Assembly (NCBI GenBank): GCA_944364445.1
Contig: CALVWC010000001.1
Span: 1,575-65,574 of the forward strand
Direction of reading: 5' to 3'
DNA length: 64,000 bases
DNA from: an uncultured Clostridia bacterium
GTDB taxonomy: Bacteria > Bacillota > Clostridia > Christensenellales > UBA1242
The first letter of the stretch is position 1. Every line of letters starts with the position of its first letter. The translations under genes and the position numbers were made by a program. Of this stretch, positions 19,513-29,830 are shown piece by piece. Under the pieces are notes generated by a model. That model ran no database searches. It saw nothing but the letters and a program-made list of their open reading frames with translations, and was not told the origin of the DNA.

Positions 19513-19864
19513 CCTCTTCCTCCGCAGGAATGTCGAGCGTTCTCAAAATTTCTTCCACTCTAAGCGTGCTGATTGCACCTTTATCCACTTCAAACTTAAA
19601 CTTTGGCATGAAAGGAAGGTCAATCATGTCTTTAAGTTCGCGTTTGATGAAACCCTCAGACTTTTGCAAAACATTGGTGACATTTTTGATATCGTTCACA
19701 TCAAGCACGCTGATTTTCACCTTGCAATACTTAAAATCAGGGCTGACATTCACATCAGTCACGCTGATAACTTTATTTAAACGCGGGTCATTCATTTTGT
19801 GCTGAATAATTTCAATTAAACACTTTTGAATTTCGCTGTTTGCTCTTTCTCGTCTATTCGACAT
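19505..19864 (-). CDS. rbfA: Ribosome-binding factor A
   Basis: Size and the RANSEIQKCLIEII...DPRL...VTDVNVSPDFKYCKV pattern. Position after infB. Confidence 0.9.
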   Translation of the reverse strand: MSNRRERANSEIQKCLIEIIQHKMNDPRLNKVISVTDVNVSPDFKYCKVKISVLDVNDIKNVTNVLQKSEGFIKRELKDMIDLPFMPKFKFEVDKGAISTLRVEEILRTLDIPAEEEDD

Positions 19865-19947
19865 ATTATCCTCCTATATAGATAAAATTTAAAAGATTTG
19901 CACCATTAATTAAAAAAACAATTAATTGTAAAAAAGAGATTAATTAT

Positions 19948-22416
19948 CTAATCTCTTTTTACCTCCTCTTTCACAAAATATTCTACCACATCGCCTTCTT
20001 GAATGTCAAAATTATCTTTAAATTTCACGCCACACTCGAAGCCTTTTGCAACTTCTGCTTTTTCGTCCTTAACAATTCTAAGCGACTCCACACTTGTTTC
20101 GCAAACGATTTCGCCGTTGCGTTTTATTTTAGCAATAGCGTTGCGCACAATCTTGCCGTCAGTCACATAACTTCCTGCAATCTTGCCAGCAGAGGAAAGT
20201 TTGAACACTGCACGAATCTCCGCCGTTCCAATATATTTTTCCTCATATTTCACAGTCATCATGCCCTTACTCATCTTGGTGATTATGTCCACAACTTCGT
20301 AAATAATCTTGCTTTCAATGATTTCCACTTTGAGCGAATCAGCAAGTTGTTTTGTTTTTGCTGGTGTTTTAATGTTAAAGGCAATCACGGTTGCGCCAGT
20401 TGTTTGCGCCAAAATCAAGTCGCTTTCACTTATTGCACCCGCTCCGCTGTGAATGGTGACAACTTTGACTTCCTCATTTCTTATTGCTTCCAAAGAATTT
20501 CTCAATGCTTCCACCGAACCTTGCGTGTCTGCTTTGATGATTATGTTAAGATTTTTCAAACTTCCTTCATGAATTCTACTCATGAAATCGTCTGCCGAAA
20601 CGCCAGAGGTTTGTTTTGCGCGTTCCGCCTTAATTTTGTTTATTCTTTCATTGATGACTTGTTTTGAAAGCGAGTCGTCAACCGCAAACACTTGGTCGCC
20701 AGAAGATGGCACTTCATTAAAGCCCATAACAGCCACTGGAGTTGAAGGTGGTGCTTTTTTAACAGGTTTACCATTTTCGTCAAACATCGCTTTAACCTTA
20801 CCATAGGTAATTCCGCAGATAATTGAGTCACCAATTTTAAGAGTGCCATTTTGAACAAGCACAGTGGCAACAGGACCTCTTGACTTATCAAGTTCCGCTT
20901 CAATCACCACGCCAGTTGCTTTCTTGTTTGGATTTGCCTTTAAATCTTCCATTTCAGCAACAAGCAAAATCATTTTCTTGAGTTCTTCAAGACCCATGCC
21001 AGTTTTAGCAGAAATTGGCACGCAAATTGCATCTCCACCCCACTCTTCAGGCAAAATACCATATTCAGTTAGTTGTTGTTTCACGCGGTCTGGGTTCGCC
21101 TCTGGCTTATCCATTTTGTTGATAGCCACAATCATTGGCACTTTTGCCGCTTTAATGTGATTAATAGCTTCCACTGTTTGTGGCATGATGCCGTCATCCG
21201 CTGCCACAACCAAAATGGCAATATCAGTCACTTCCGCACCACGCGCACGCATAGCAGTGAAGGCAGCGTGACCAGGAGTGTCGATAAAAGTGATTTTCTC
21301 GTTGTTAAAAGTGATTTGATAAGCACCAATTTTTTGCGTAATTCCGCCCGCTTCACCCAAAACCACATTGGTTTTTCTGAAAGCGTCAAGAAGAGAGGTT
21401 TTACCATGGTCAACATGCCCCATAACAGTGACAACTGGTGGTCGTTTAACCAAATCTTTTTCGTCATCCTCTTGTGCAGAATCCATAAGTTTTTCTTCAA
21501 AACTTTTGTCAAGTTTAAGTTCAAGTGTAATGCCAAAATCGGAGCAGATAAGTTCGCAAGTGTCGAAATCGATGGTGCTATTAATGGTTGCCATAATTCC
21601 CAAAAGCATACATTTTTTAACAATCTCAGCAACTGGTTTACCTATCTTTTCGCTTAACTCTTTAATGGTTATCTCACGCGAAGTTAAAACGGCATGAGTG
21701 ATTTTTGGAGCGATAACAGTTTGAACTTCTTTTTTCTTTTTGATGAGTTTTCTTGAACCCATTGTTGTTTCTTCAAAGCCCTCATCGCCCAAAACATAGA
21801 TATTATTGTTATTTCCGCCATGCTTTTCAAAAGATTGTTTTTGCTTTGGCTTTTTGTTTTCTTCAACATTTCTACGCTTATTCTTATTTCCAAAATTGCG
21901 TTCAGGAGTGGCAAGCACAGCACTGCTTTCCGTTGGTGCAAAACTTTTGAAGTTGTTTGCTTTTGTGGAAACAAAAGATTTTTGGTTATTCTGTCCAAAT
22001 TTATTGCTTCCTTGGAATTTGTTGTTCCCCTGAAATTTGTTTCCAACTTGTTGTTGCTTGTTGAAAGGAGGTTTTTTCGCGAAGTTGTTGGTTTTTTGAT
22101 TATCAAATTTTCTATAATTATTGCCATTTTGCTTGTTTTGTTGGAAAGAAGTTTGAGTGTTGGTTTGAATTTTAGACTCATCATCCTCCACTTTCTTTTC
22201 CACAACCTTAACTTCTTCTTTTTTCGCTTCTTCAATTTTTCTTTTTTCTTCTTCTTTTGCTTTTTGTTGCAATTCCGACTTCTTTTGTTGAAGACTTCTT
22301 GAAAAAGCGTCCACTTGCACCTTTGCATCTTTAATTGACAATAATAAATTCTGCAAAGAGCCGTCTCTTTGAATGTTGTTTATTGATTTAAGTCCATTTA
22401 ATTGTTGATTAGCCAA
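19948..22416 (-). CDS. infB: Translation initiation factor IF-2
   Basis: [29 protein letters not shown]. Low-complexity K/N/Q-rich N-terminus. TTG start with an AAGGAGA RBS. Confidence 0.95.
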   Translation of the reverse strand: MANQQLNGLKSINNIQRDGSLQNLLLSIKDAKVQVDAFSRSLQQKKSELQQKAKEEEKRKIEEAKKEEVKVVEKKVEDDESKIQTNTQTSFQQNKQNGNNYRKFDNQKTNNFAKKPPFNKQQQVGNKFQGNNKFQGSNKFGQNNQKSFVSTKANNFKSFAPTESSAVLATPERNFGNKNKRRNVEENKKPKQKQSFEKHGGNNNNIYVLGDEGFEETTMGSRKLIKKKKEVQTVIAPKITHAVLTSREITIKELSEKIGKPVAEIVKKCMLLGIMATINSTIDFDTCELICSDFGITLELKLDKSFEEKLMDSAQEDDEKDLVKRPPVVTVMGHVDHGKTSLLDAFRKTNVVLGEAGGITQKIGAYQITFNNEKITFIDTPGHAAFTAMRARGAEVTDIAILVVAADDGIMPQTVEAINHIKAAKVPMIVAINKMDKPEANPDRVKQQLTEYGILPEEWGGDAICVPISAKTGMGLEELKKMILLVAEMEDLKANPNKKATGVVIEAELDKSRGPVATVLVQNGTLKIGDSIICGITYGKVKAMFDENGKPVKKAPPSTPVAVMGFNEVPSSGDQVFAVDDSLSKQVINERINKIKAERAKQTSGVSADDFMSRIHEGSLKNLNIIIKADTQGSVEALRNSLEAIRNEEVKVVTIHSGAGAISESDLILAQTTGATVIAFNIKTPAKTKQLADSLKVEIIESKIIYEVVDIITKMSKGMMTVKYEEKYIGTAEIRAVFKLSSAGKIAGSYVTDGKIVRNAIAKIKRNGEIVCETSVESLRIVKDEKAEVAKGFECGVKFKDNFDIQEGDVVEYFVKEEVKRD

Positions 22417-22417
22417 A

Positions 22418-22705
22418 TTATTCTCCTTTTATGATTTTGATAATCTCCTCGCTAAGCGCCTTATTCTTAAGCGCTACCGCCTTACAATTTTCAATTCCCA
22501 TTAACTCATCAAGTTTTTGAACGAAAAGAAGAGGAATATTTCTTTCGTTTGCCACATGAGTCATCTCTCTTTTAAGTGAATTGCCACTTTTTTCATCAAG
22601 CACAATCACAAACATTTTTTGAGTGTGTTTTTCAATGTTTTCTCCGCCTATGATGAGATAGCCAGCCTTTCGGCTTATGTTTAAAAGTCCTTTAAGTTCT
22701 TTCAA
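22418..22705 (-). CDS. L7Ae-family RNA-binding protein (YlxQ-like)
   Basis: 95 aa with an LLNISRKAGYLIIGGENI pattern. Conserved position between ylxR and infB. Confidence 0.8.
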   Translation of the reverse strand: MKELKGLLNISRKAGYLIIGGENIEKHTQKMFVIVLDEKSGNSLKREMTHVANERNIPLLFVQKLDELMGIENCKAVALKNKALSEEIIKIIKGE

Positions 22706-22952
22706 TTTCCTCTCCTATCATGCTGTAAACATCATCACTAACTTCGCACTTGAAAGCCCTGTTAAGTCCGCGTGATTTTTTAAGTTTGTTTAAACATTCC
22801 TTAGATTTGCAGATGTATGCACCTCTGCCATTAGCCTTGCCAGTTTTATCCACAAATATCTGCCCTTCTTTATTTTTCACAATTCTAAGAAGTTCTTTTT
22901 TGTCGCTATGCTCTCGGCAAACGATGCACATTCTTAATCTTTCTTTTTGCAT
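22692..22952 (-). CDS. ylxR: YlxR family (DUF448) RNA-binding protein
   Basis: RMCIVCREHSDKKELLRIV...GRGAYIC motif. Follows nusA. Confidence 0.85.
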   Translation of the reverse strand: MQKERLRMCIVCREHSDKKELLRIVKNKEGQIFVDKTGKANGRGAYICKSKECLNKLKKSRGLNRAFKCEVSDDVYSMIGEEIERT

Positions 22953-24118
22953 TAATTTTCATCATCTCCATTGATTTCTTCAAATTCATCAAGGTCGCTC
23001 ATAGTGTCGAAAGAGTCATCATCGGCAAGTTCAGTAAGTTCATATTCAGTTTCTTTCTCCTCTTTCACTGGTTTAACATAACTTTCAGGTTTAACATCAA
23101 TCTTCCAACCAGTGAGTTTTGCAGCCAAGCGCACATTAACACCGCCTTTGCCAATGGCAAGAGAAAGTTTGTCGTCTGGAACAATCACTTGGCTCATATT
23201 CAAACTGTCGTTAGTTTCCACCGATAACACTTTTGCTGGGCTAAGCGCTCTTGCAATGTATTCAAGTGGATCGTCTGAATATTCCACAAGGTCAATTTTT
23301 TCGCCGTTTAATTCGTTAACAATGGTGTTGATTCTTGCACCTCTATTTCCCACGCAAGCACCAACTGGGTCAAGGTTAGGTCTTGTTGCTTGAACAGCCA
23401 CCTTGGTTCTTATGCCTGCTTCGCGTGCGATGTTTTTAATTTTAACATCACCACTTGCAATCTCAGGAATTTCAAGTTCAAAAAGTTTTCTAACAAAACC
23501 TATGTTGCTTCTGGAAACTTGCACTTGTGGCCCGCGGAAAGAATCTTTAATTTTCTTAACATAAACCTTAACTCTGTCGCCAACTTGAAATTTATCGCCG
23601 GGTATTTGGTCGTTTTTCATTAAAACGCCTTCGGTGTGAGTTCCAGCAATTTGAACATAAACGATGTCGTCGTCAATGCGCTTAACAACTGTGGTTAAAA
23701 GTTCATCCTCTTTTTCAGAGAGTTCGTCCGCTGCTTGTTGGCGTTCCATTTCGCGAAGTTTTTGCATAACAACTTGTTTTGCGGTTTGTGCGGCAATTCT
23801 TCCAAAATCCTTAGTTGTTTCTTCCACCGAAACAATGTCGCCGACCTTATATGATTTTTTAATCTGCCTTGCCTCTTCAAGTGAAATTTCTTTATCTGGG
23901 TCTTCCACATTTTCCACAACTGTCTTATAGGAAAAAATTCTTATTGTGTTTCTTTCTGGATACAATTTCACCATGGCACTTTTTGCTTCGCCATACATCT
24001 TCTTGTATGCTGAGGTCAATGCAGTTTCAAGTGTTGCAATAAAAGTTTCCTTATTAATTTTTCTTTCTGCCTCTAAATCGTCTAATGCCTTAAAAAAATC
24101 TTTGTTTACCATTTTCAA
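22952..24118 (-). CDS. nusA: Transcription termination/antitermination factor NusA
   Basis: N-terminal domain, S1 domain and two KH domains (ACVGNRGARI, AIGKGGVNVRLA). Acidic tail. Confidence 0.95.
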   Translation of the reverse strand: MKMVNKDFFKALDDLEAERKINKETFIATLETALTSAYKKMYGEAKSAMVKLYPERNTIRIFSYKTVVENVEDPDKEISLEEARQIKKSYKVGDIVSVEETTKDFGRIAAQTAKQVVMQKLREMERQQAADELSEKEDELLTTVVKRIDDDIVYVQIAGTHTEGVLMKNDQIPGDKFQVGDRVKVYVKKIKDSFRGPQVQVSRSNIGFVRKLFELEIPEIASGDVKIKNIAREAGIRTKVAVQATRPNLDPVGACVGNRGARINTIVNELNGEKIDLVEYSDDPLEYIARALSPAKVLSVETNDSLNMSQVIVPDDKLSLAIGKGGVNVRLAAKLTGWKIDVKPESYVKPVKEEKETEYELTELADDDSFDTMSDLDEFEEINGDDEN

Positions 24119-24122
24119 CTCC

Positions 24123-24581
24123 TTAAAATTTAATAATCAATTTGATGTTAGCGATTTTATCTCTGTCAAAAGTAAGTGTTTCCTTATCAGTTTTTAAAGT
24201 GACTGTTTTATCATTAAAGTCTTCCAAAACACCCTCAAATTCTTTTTTGCCGTTTTGTTTTGCAAAAAGCGAAATTGTCACTTCTTTATTTAAGTTTCTT
24301 TTTAAATCTCTGTCCGTTTTAAGTGGTCTGTCAAGTCCAGGACTGGAAACCACAAGTGTGAAAGGTGCATCGTTTGTTGGATTGAGTTCGTCGATTATTG
24401 GGTCAATAACTTTGTTGACCTTTTCGCAGTCATCGATTGTCACGCCTTCCTCTTTGTCGATTGTGAAAATCAAACTCATGCCGTCGAATTCTTTAACATA
24501 TTGAACATCCACAAGTTCATAGCCCATTTCTTCAATCACTGGGCGTAATTTTTCCTCGCAAATTTCTTTTACTTTTGCCAA
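24123..24581 (-). CDS. rimP: Ribosome maturation factor RimP
   Basis: LVVSSPGLDRPLK motif. TTG start at 24581 with a GGAGG RBS. The track ORF is over-extended upstream. Confidence 0.88.
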   Translation of the reverse strand: MAKVKEICEEKLRPVIEEMGYELVDVQYVKEFDGMSLIFTIDKEEGVTIDDCEKVNKVIDPIIDELNPTNDAPFTLVVSSPGLDRPLKTDRDLKRNLNKEVTISLFAKQNGKKEFEGVLEDFNDKTVTLKTDKETLTFDRDKIANIKLIIKF

Positions 24582-24721
24582 TTTAAACCTCCAAAACTCT
24601 CTTTTACAACAAAGAGTGAGCAAACATTTGCCCACTCCCTGCCACAAGATATCTTTATTATATCGCATATTCACAAAAAATGCAACACTTTTAAGCAATT
24701 ATTTCAAATTTTTAACAAAAA

Positions 24722-26263
24722 TTATTTGCCTAGTTCATTTAATTTTAAAAGCACCTGCGCTGTTGCGTAAGCATCATTCCAAGCACGATGCGCATCCTTA
24801 AGTTCAATACCCAAAGCCTTCGTGACCGTGCCAAGATTAAATCTTGAAATTTTAAGGCGAGAAACTCGTGCTTCGTTCATTGTGTCGATAACATCATTAT
24901 CAAAAATTAAGTTTTGAATTTGCCCAAAACGCTTAATGAATTTAATATCGAAATTGATAACATTATGTCCACTTAAAACGCAACCGCGAGTAAATTCATA
25001 GAACTTGGAAATAACCGCTTCAACTGGAGGTGCATCCTCCACCATTTCATTTGTGATATGTGTCAGCCTTGTCACTTCATAAGGAATTTCCGTGGTTGGT
25101 TTAACAAAAGTGGAGAATTTTTCTACGATATTTCCATTTTCAATTTTCACCGCGCCAAGTTCAATAATTTGGTCTAAATCGGTGTTTAAGCCAGTGGTTT
25201 CAAGGTCGAAAACCACAAAGGTGTGAGTCATTATCTTTTGATTATATTTCACCACTCGCCCAAACATACTGTCCTGTTCAGTGGCACTTAATTTTTCAAT
25301 TTCCACATCCTTAAAATTTTCTTCAGTTCTTTCATTAACCAAAAGCGTTTCGTTTTCTTCCTCGCTTGCCAAGGCGATTTTATCAACATACAAAACAAGT
25401 TTATTGGCATTAAGCCCAAATTTCACATCGCCATGCAAAAGCAAAAACATATTCTCTTCCAATGCTTCCAAATCTTTTTCATAGCGTTTAGGGCAAAAGA
25501 AAATGCAATCTAACTTTCCCTTGCCGTCACAAATATTGAAAGTAAAATACGCTTTTTGAAGACCTGCACGCACACCTTTTTTAATGGTGAAATCGCGTCT
25601 TGCTAAGTTGGAAATATAACCAGCAACAATAACGGCATTTTTTGGCGAGGTTATGTATGAAATATATTCAGGACTTGGTGGAATATCCTTGCCGACCACT
25701 TCTTTTATGATTTGAACGCCATATCTTTGCACTCTGCGCGCGTTGGTTTTAAGTGGCACGCTTTCAATGTCAACCTCTTCAACTTTATTTTCACAAATTT
25801 CCAAATTGATGTTAAATTCAACAAGATAATTGTCTTTTAAAAATGCTGAAAGTTGCGAAGAAACCTTGTTGCTAATAAAAAACTCAGCAATTCTTGGGCT
25901 TGCCTTAATGTTCACCAAAACATCGATATTAGAGATTTGCAATTCAACATCTTCATCGTGAATATATGTGTTCAAAAGTTTAAACTTATCTTCGAAAAAT
26001 TGGCTTATGCTTTTACGAATAAGTTTTTCTTCCACATACGCTTTTAAAAATTTCACTTTAAGTTTTAATTGTTCAAATTTTAAAAGATTAGAAATAAACT
26101 CAACAATTTCCTCTTTTTCTTCTTCAGTTAAATTTTCATCTTTTGATGGATATAAAAAAGTTATGGTGCAGAGATTGTCGCTCTCACTAACCACAACACT
26201 TTTTAAATATAAATTGGAAAATCTTTCACCAAAATGATTTCTAAATTCTTGTTCAAAATTCAT
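24722..26263 (-). CDS. PolC-like N-terminal domain + OB fold + DEDDh 3'-5' exonuclease protein, without PHP or polymerase core
   Basis: Exo motifs FVVFDLETTGL, HNVINFDIKFI and HRAWNDAYATAQV. An OB-like segment (AVIVAGYISNLARRDFTIKKG...FTFNICDGKGKLDCIFF) lies upstream of them. It occupies the polC slot between rseP and rimP but is only 513 aa. Confidence 0.75.
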   Translation of the reverse strand: MNFEQEFRNHFGERFSNLYLKSVVVSESDNLCTITFLYPSKDENLTEEEKEEIVEFISNLLKFEQLKLKVKFLKAYVEEKLIRKSISQFFEDKFKLLNTYIHDEDVELQISNIDVLVNIKASPRIAEFFISNKVSSQLSAFLKDNYLVEFNINLEICENKVEEVDIESVPLKTNARRVQRYGVQIIKEVVGKDIPPSPEYISYITSPKNAVIVAGYISNLARRDFTIKKGVRAGLQKAYFTFNICDGKGKLDCIFFCPKRYEKDLEALEENMFLLLHGDVKFGLNANKLVLYVDKIALASEEENETLLVNERTEENFKDVEIEKLSATEQDSMFGRVVKYNQKIMTHTFVVFDLETTGLNTDLDQIIELGAVKIENGNIVEKFSTFVKPTTEIPYEVTRLTHITNEMVEDAPPVEAVISKFYEFTRGCVLSGHNVINFDIKFIKRFGQIQNLIFDNDVIDTMNEARVSRLKISRFNLGTVTKALGIELKDAHRAWNDAYATAQVLLKLNELGK

Positions 26264-26300
26264 ACTTTCATTTTAGATTATTTTTTGTTTTTTGTCAAGT

Positions 26301-27425
26301 TTAAAGCACAAAATGAAGAATGTCGACAATTATCACAAAAGCAAACAACACGCAAAGTCCAACAAAATGAATGGTATTTTCCACTTTCCTATCGATTGGC
26401 TTTCGCCGTATCCATTCGATTGTTGTGAACAAAACATGCGCGCCATCCAGCGCTGGAAATGGCAAAATATTAAACACGGCAAGGTTGGCAGAAATTAGCG
26501 GTATGAAAATTAAAAGATTGGCAGGATTTAATTGTGTGTATTCTGCCATTGTGGCAATCGTGGTTATCGTTCCGCCCATTTCTGTGATAGGAATTTGAAA
26601 AGTTATCAAAAACCACAAACTCTTAAGCACCACCCAAGCAAAACCGAACGCCATTGGAAAAGCCCGCCCAAGTCCGTCAAAGAAACCATATTTATATGCC
26701 GTTGTGCAAGCACTGCCAACAAGGTCACTTTCAAGCCCCATAACATACACCGTTTCTGTGGAAGTTGTGCCGTCGTCATTAGTTATTGTTTTTTCATAAG
26801 GCAGAACTGCAACTGTTAATTCTTTAATTTCACCATTTCGTTCGACTGTCATGGAAAAAGGAGGATATTCTTGCCCAGCAATGTAATCTTCACTTTCATA
26901 AAAAGATTTAGCCTCACTTTTTTGTTCGTTAATTAAGTCGACAAAATTTTCACCGAAAGCAAAGTCAATCTTTCTTCCGTCAATATGAGTGATAACATCG
27001 CCCTTTTTAAAGACACCAACATTGATTTCTTGGCTAAAATTCACAATTTGTGGCACATCATAACCAACTGTGCAAAGAAGTATCCAAGAAAAAATAATGG
27101 CGGTTATAAAATTCATGGTGACGCCAGCAAAAAAGACAATTATCCTCTTCCAAGGTTTTTGATTATTGAATGATTGCTCGTCACCTTTGCCGTCTTCATC
27201 CTCGCCATAAAAAGAGCAATAGCCACCAAGTGGAAAAATGCGAAAAGAAAACTTTTCGCCAGTCTTTTTTGACGTATGCGAAAAGATAGCCTTGCCAAAA
27301 CCAATGGAAAACTCTGTGATTTTAAATTTGAGGATTTTTCCTGCAATATAATGCCCAAGTTCATGCACAAGAACCATGAAAAGAAGCACCACAATCGCAA
27401 GAAGAATATAAAGGAAAGTTATCAT
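26301..27425 (-). CDS. rseP: RIP metalloprotease RseP (M50 site-2 protease)
   Basis: HELGHY zinc motif, a PDZ-like middle region and multiple TM helices. Confidence 0.9.
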   Translation of the reverse strand: MITFLYILLAIVVLLFMVLVHELGHYIAGKILKFKITEFSIGFGKAIFSHTSKKTGEKFSFRIFPLGGYCSFYGEDEDGKGDEQSFNNQKPWKRIIVFFAGVTMNFITAIIFSWILLCTVGYDVPQIVNFSQEINVGVFKKGDVITHIDGRKIDFAFGENFVDLINEQKSEAKSFYESEDYIAGQEYPPFSMTVERNGEIKELTVAVLPYEKTITNDDGTTSTETVYVMGLESDLVGSACTTAYKYGFFDGLGRAFPMAFGFAWVVLKSLWFLITFQIPITEMGGTITTIATMAEYTQLNPANLLIFIPLISANLAVFNILPFPALDGAHVLFTTIEWIRRKPIDRKVENTIHFVGLCVLFAFVIIVDILHFVL

Positions 27426-27511
27426 AAAAATACCTTAAAGCAAATTTTTCCTTCCTATGTTATCATATCAAAAAGTCGGTAAAAATGCGTTTTTAAGCAA
27501 AATTTCACCTC

Positions 27512-28477
27512 TTAGCAAAGAGCGATAATCCAAAACGCCAGCAAAATGTATGGCGCCATGAAGATATATGAGTCAATTCTGTCAAGCATACCACCATGTC
27601 CCGGAATCATTCGACCGCTGTCAGAAACGCCTGCTCTGCGCTTTAAAATAGACTCAAACAAATCTCCGCCGATTGCCACCCCAATTCCAAGAAGAACAAC
27701 AATCAAATATGCCCAAATTGGAAAGTTTGACCACATGAAGTCAAAACCATTAATATTCACAAAAATAAGATAAACACAGGTCATCAAAAGAAGTGTCCAA
27801 ACAGCGCCACCAACAGCACCTGAAATTGTTTTGTTTGGGCTTATTCTTGGACACATTTTCTTTCCGCCGATAAGCGAACCCATAAGCATAGCAAAAGTGT
27901 CGGCAAACATTGGAATTAAAAGAGCGGTAAGCAAAACAAATATTGAAAAATCAACGCTTACATTTGCAAACACATCAAGAGGAAGTTCGTTCATATGGTT
28001 AATGAAAATCATGAAAAGGAAGAAAAATGCAGGATAAACAAACGCAATCAAAGTGTTAACGCATTTTTTAAAGATAAACTTTGTGGTTGAAATGTTTTTA
28101 ATGCCTCTTGTTGTCATTTCTTCAAGCACTTTTTTTCTTCTCATAAGTTGAATGAGAAACGCGCCAAGAAGTGTGACAAGCATAACTGCAAAATCAATTA
28201 AAATTGCCCACAAAACAAATAAAATATCGCCTTGTGCGCCTGCAAGATAGGAAAAGCCTATGTTAATTCCCATTATTGCAACAGGAAAAATCACTGACAA
28301 AATCTGAAAATTATATAGCCTTGCCTTCGAAAGAAGTTTAGACATTTCAAACCCTGCAAGGCAGGCAATAATGCCAAAAAATGCGTCAAAAAAGTAATCA
28401 CTAACGAATATTTTTAACACAAACAGGATGGCTATTAAAAGCACAATAAGCACAGATGAAAATATTCTTTTTTTCAT
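27512..28477 (-). CDS. cdsA: Phosphatidate cytidylyltransferase
   Basis: SILKRRAGVSDSGRMIPGHGGMLDRIDS signature. Confidence 0.92.
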   Translation of the reverse strand: MKKRIFSSVLIVLLIAILFVLKIFVSDYFFDAFFGIIACLAGFEMSKLLSKARLYNFQILSVIFPVAIMGINIGFSYLAGAQGDILFVLWAILIDFAVMLVTLLGAFLIQLMRRKKVLEEMTTRGIKNISTTKFIFKKCVNTLIAFVYPAFFFLFMIFINHMNELPLDVFANVSVDFSIFVLLTALLIPMFADTFAMLMGSLIGGKKMCPRISPNKTISGAVGGAVWTLLLMTCVYLIFVNINGFDFMWSNFPIWAYLIVVLLGIGVAIGGDLFESILKRRAGVSDSGRMIPGHGGMLDRIDSYIFMAPYILLAFWIIALC

Positions 28478-29172
28478 TAATTTCCTCCAAATCTTCTGTT
28501 TCGCTTAGAGTAAACTTTAAGCGCTTTAACAAGTTGTTTTTTTGTGAATGCTGGCCAACAAACCTTTGGAAAATAAAGTTCGCTGTATGCAAGAGAGAAT
28601 AGCATAAAATTTGAAATTCTTTTCTCTCCGCTGGTTCTTATCATGAAATCGATGTCTGGCGCAGGATAGGAATAAAGGTTCTTCAAAATATCGTCGCTTG
28701 TGATTTCTTTTTTACCACTTTTGATTGCCTTATTTACCGCCTGCACAATGTCATCTCTTCCGCCATAGTTTAAGGCAAGGTTGACCACAAGACCACTATT
28801 ATTTTTGCTGTTTTCCACAATTTTTATAATCTTCTCTCTCAAATTTTCAGGAAAACGCGAAATATCGCCCATGGCAACAAACTTTAAGTTTAAATTAAGG
28901 AAATCTTTTTCATATCTATCGAACATCTCTTCAACAACATTAAAAATCGCCTCAATTTCCTTTTTCTCTCGGTTCCAGTTTTCAGTGGAAAAGGCGAAAA
29001 ACGAAGCATATTTAATTCCCTTAATCTCACTTAGAAATTTTATTAAATCAACAAGAGTATCTGCCCCTTTTTTATGTCCGAAAAACTTGTCTAATCCACG
29101 CCTTTTTGCCCATCTGCGATTTCCGTCCATAATAAAAGCGATATGTGCAGGTAAAACTGTTGGTATTTTCAT
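28477..29172 (-). CDS. uppS: Isoprenyl transferase (undecaprenyl diphosphate synthase)
   Basis: HIAFIMDGNRRWA, FSTENWNR and RTSGEKRISNF motifs. Confidence 0.93.
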   Translation of the reverse strand: MKIPTVLPAHIAFIMDGNRRWAKRRGLDKFFGHKKGADTLVDLIKFLSEIKGIKYASFFAFSTENWNREKKEIEAIFNVVEEMFDRYEKDFLNLNLKFVAMGDISRFPENLREKIIKIVENSKNNSGLVVNLALNYGGRDDIVQAVNKAIKSGKKEITSDDILKNLYSYPAPDIDFMIRTSGEKRISNFMLFSLAYSELYFPKVCWPAFTKKQLVKALKVYSKRNRRFGGN

Positions 29173-29183
29173 ATAACTCCTAA

Positions 29184-29750
29184 TTAAACTTTCATAACCT
29201 CGTCTTCTTTACTCGATGCCAAACTGTCGGCAAGAGAAGTGTATTTATCAATCATCTTTTGCACTTCTTTTTCGCTTTGGCTAAGTTCATCCTCCGACAA
29301 AGTTCCGTCTTTCTTAAGGTCTTTAAGCATATCAAGTGCATCGCGTCTGGCGTTTCGCATGGTTATTTTTGTTTCTTCGCAAATTTTCTTAACATTCTTA
29401 ACGATTTCCTTACGCCTTTCTTCCGTTAGCATTGGAAAAACAAGCCTAATGGTTTTGCCATCGTCAGTTGGTGTGATGCCAATATCCGCCTGAGAAATTG
29501 CCTTCATAACATTTTTAATTTGGCTTTGGTCCCAAATGTTGATGTTCAAAATGCGCGCTTCAGAAACTGAGATTGTTCCCATTTGAGTGATTGGTGTCAT
29601 CACGCCGTAATACTCGACCATAACCTTATCTAAGATGTGAGGATTTGCTCTGCCCGCCCTTATAACAAGATATTCACTTTGCTGATGAGAATATGCTTTT
29701 TCAAGGTCTTGTTTCAATGATGAAAATATATCATCAACCATTTCGTTCAT
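29184..29750 (-). CDS. frr: Ribosome recycling factor
   Basis: Size, and the LVIRAGRANPHILD...PMLTEERRKE pattern. Confidence 0.93.
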   Translation of the reverse strand: MNEMVDDIFSSLKQDLEKAYSHQQSEYLVIRAGRANPHILDKVMVEYYGVMTPITQMGTISVSEARILNINIWDQSQIKNVMKAISQADIGITPTDDGKTIRLVFPMLTEERRKEIVKNVKKICEETKITMRNARRDALDMLKDLKKDGTLSEDELSQSEKEVQKMIDKYTSLADSLASSKEDEVMKV

Positions 29751-29830
29751 AAAATTCTCCTTATTCAGTTAATTATATCTTAAATTCCAAAATTTTGCAA
29801 ATGAAATGATGTAATAATCAAAATATTTTG

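Noticed and set aside
19999-22328. Several 100-220-aa ORFs on both strands (19999-20667, 21073-21657, 21684-22328, 21820-22302 and others)
   Set aside because: All are nested in or antisense to infB. The repetitive K/E/N-rich 5' part of infB keeps alternative frames open. None has start signals.
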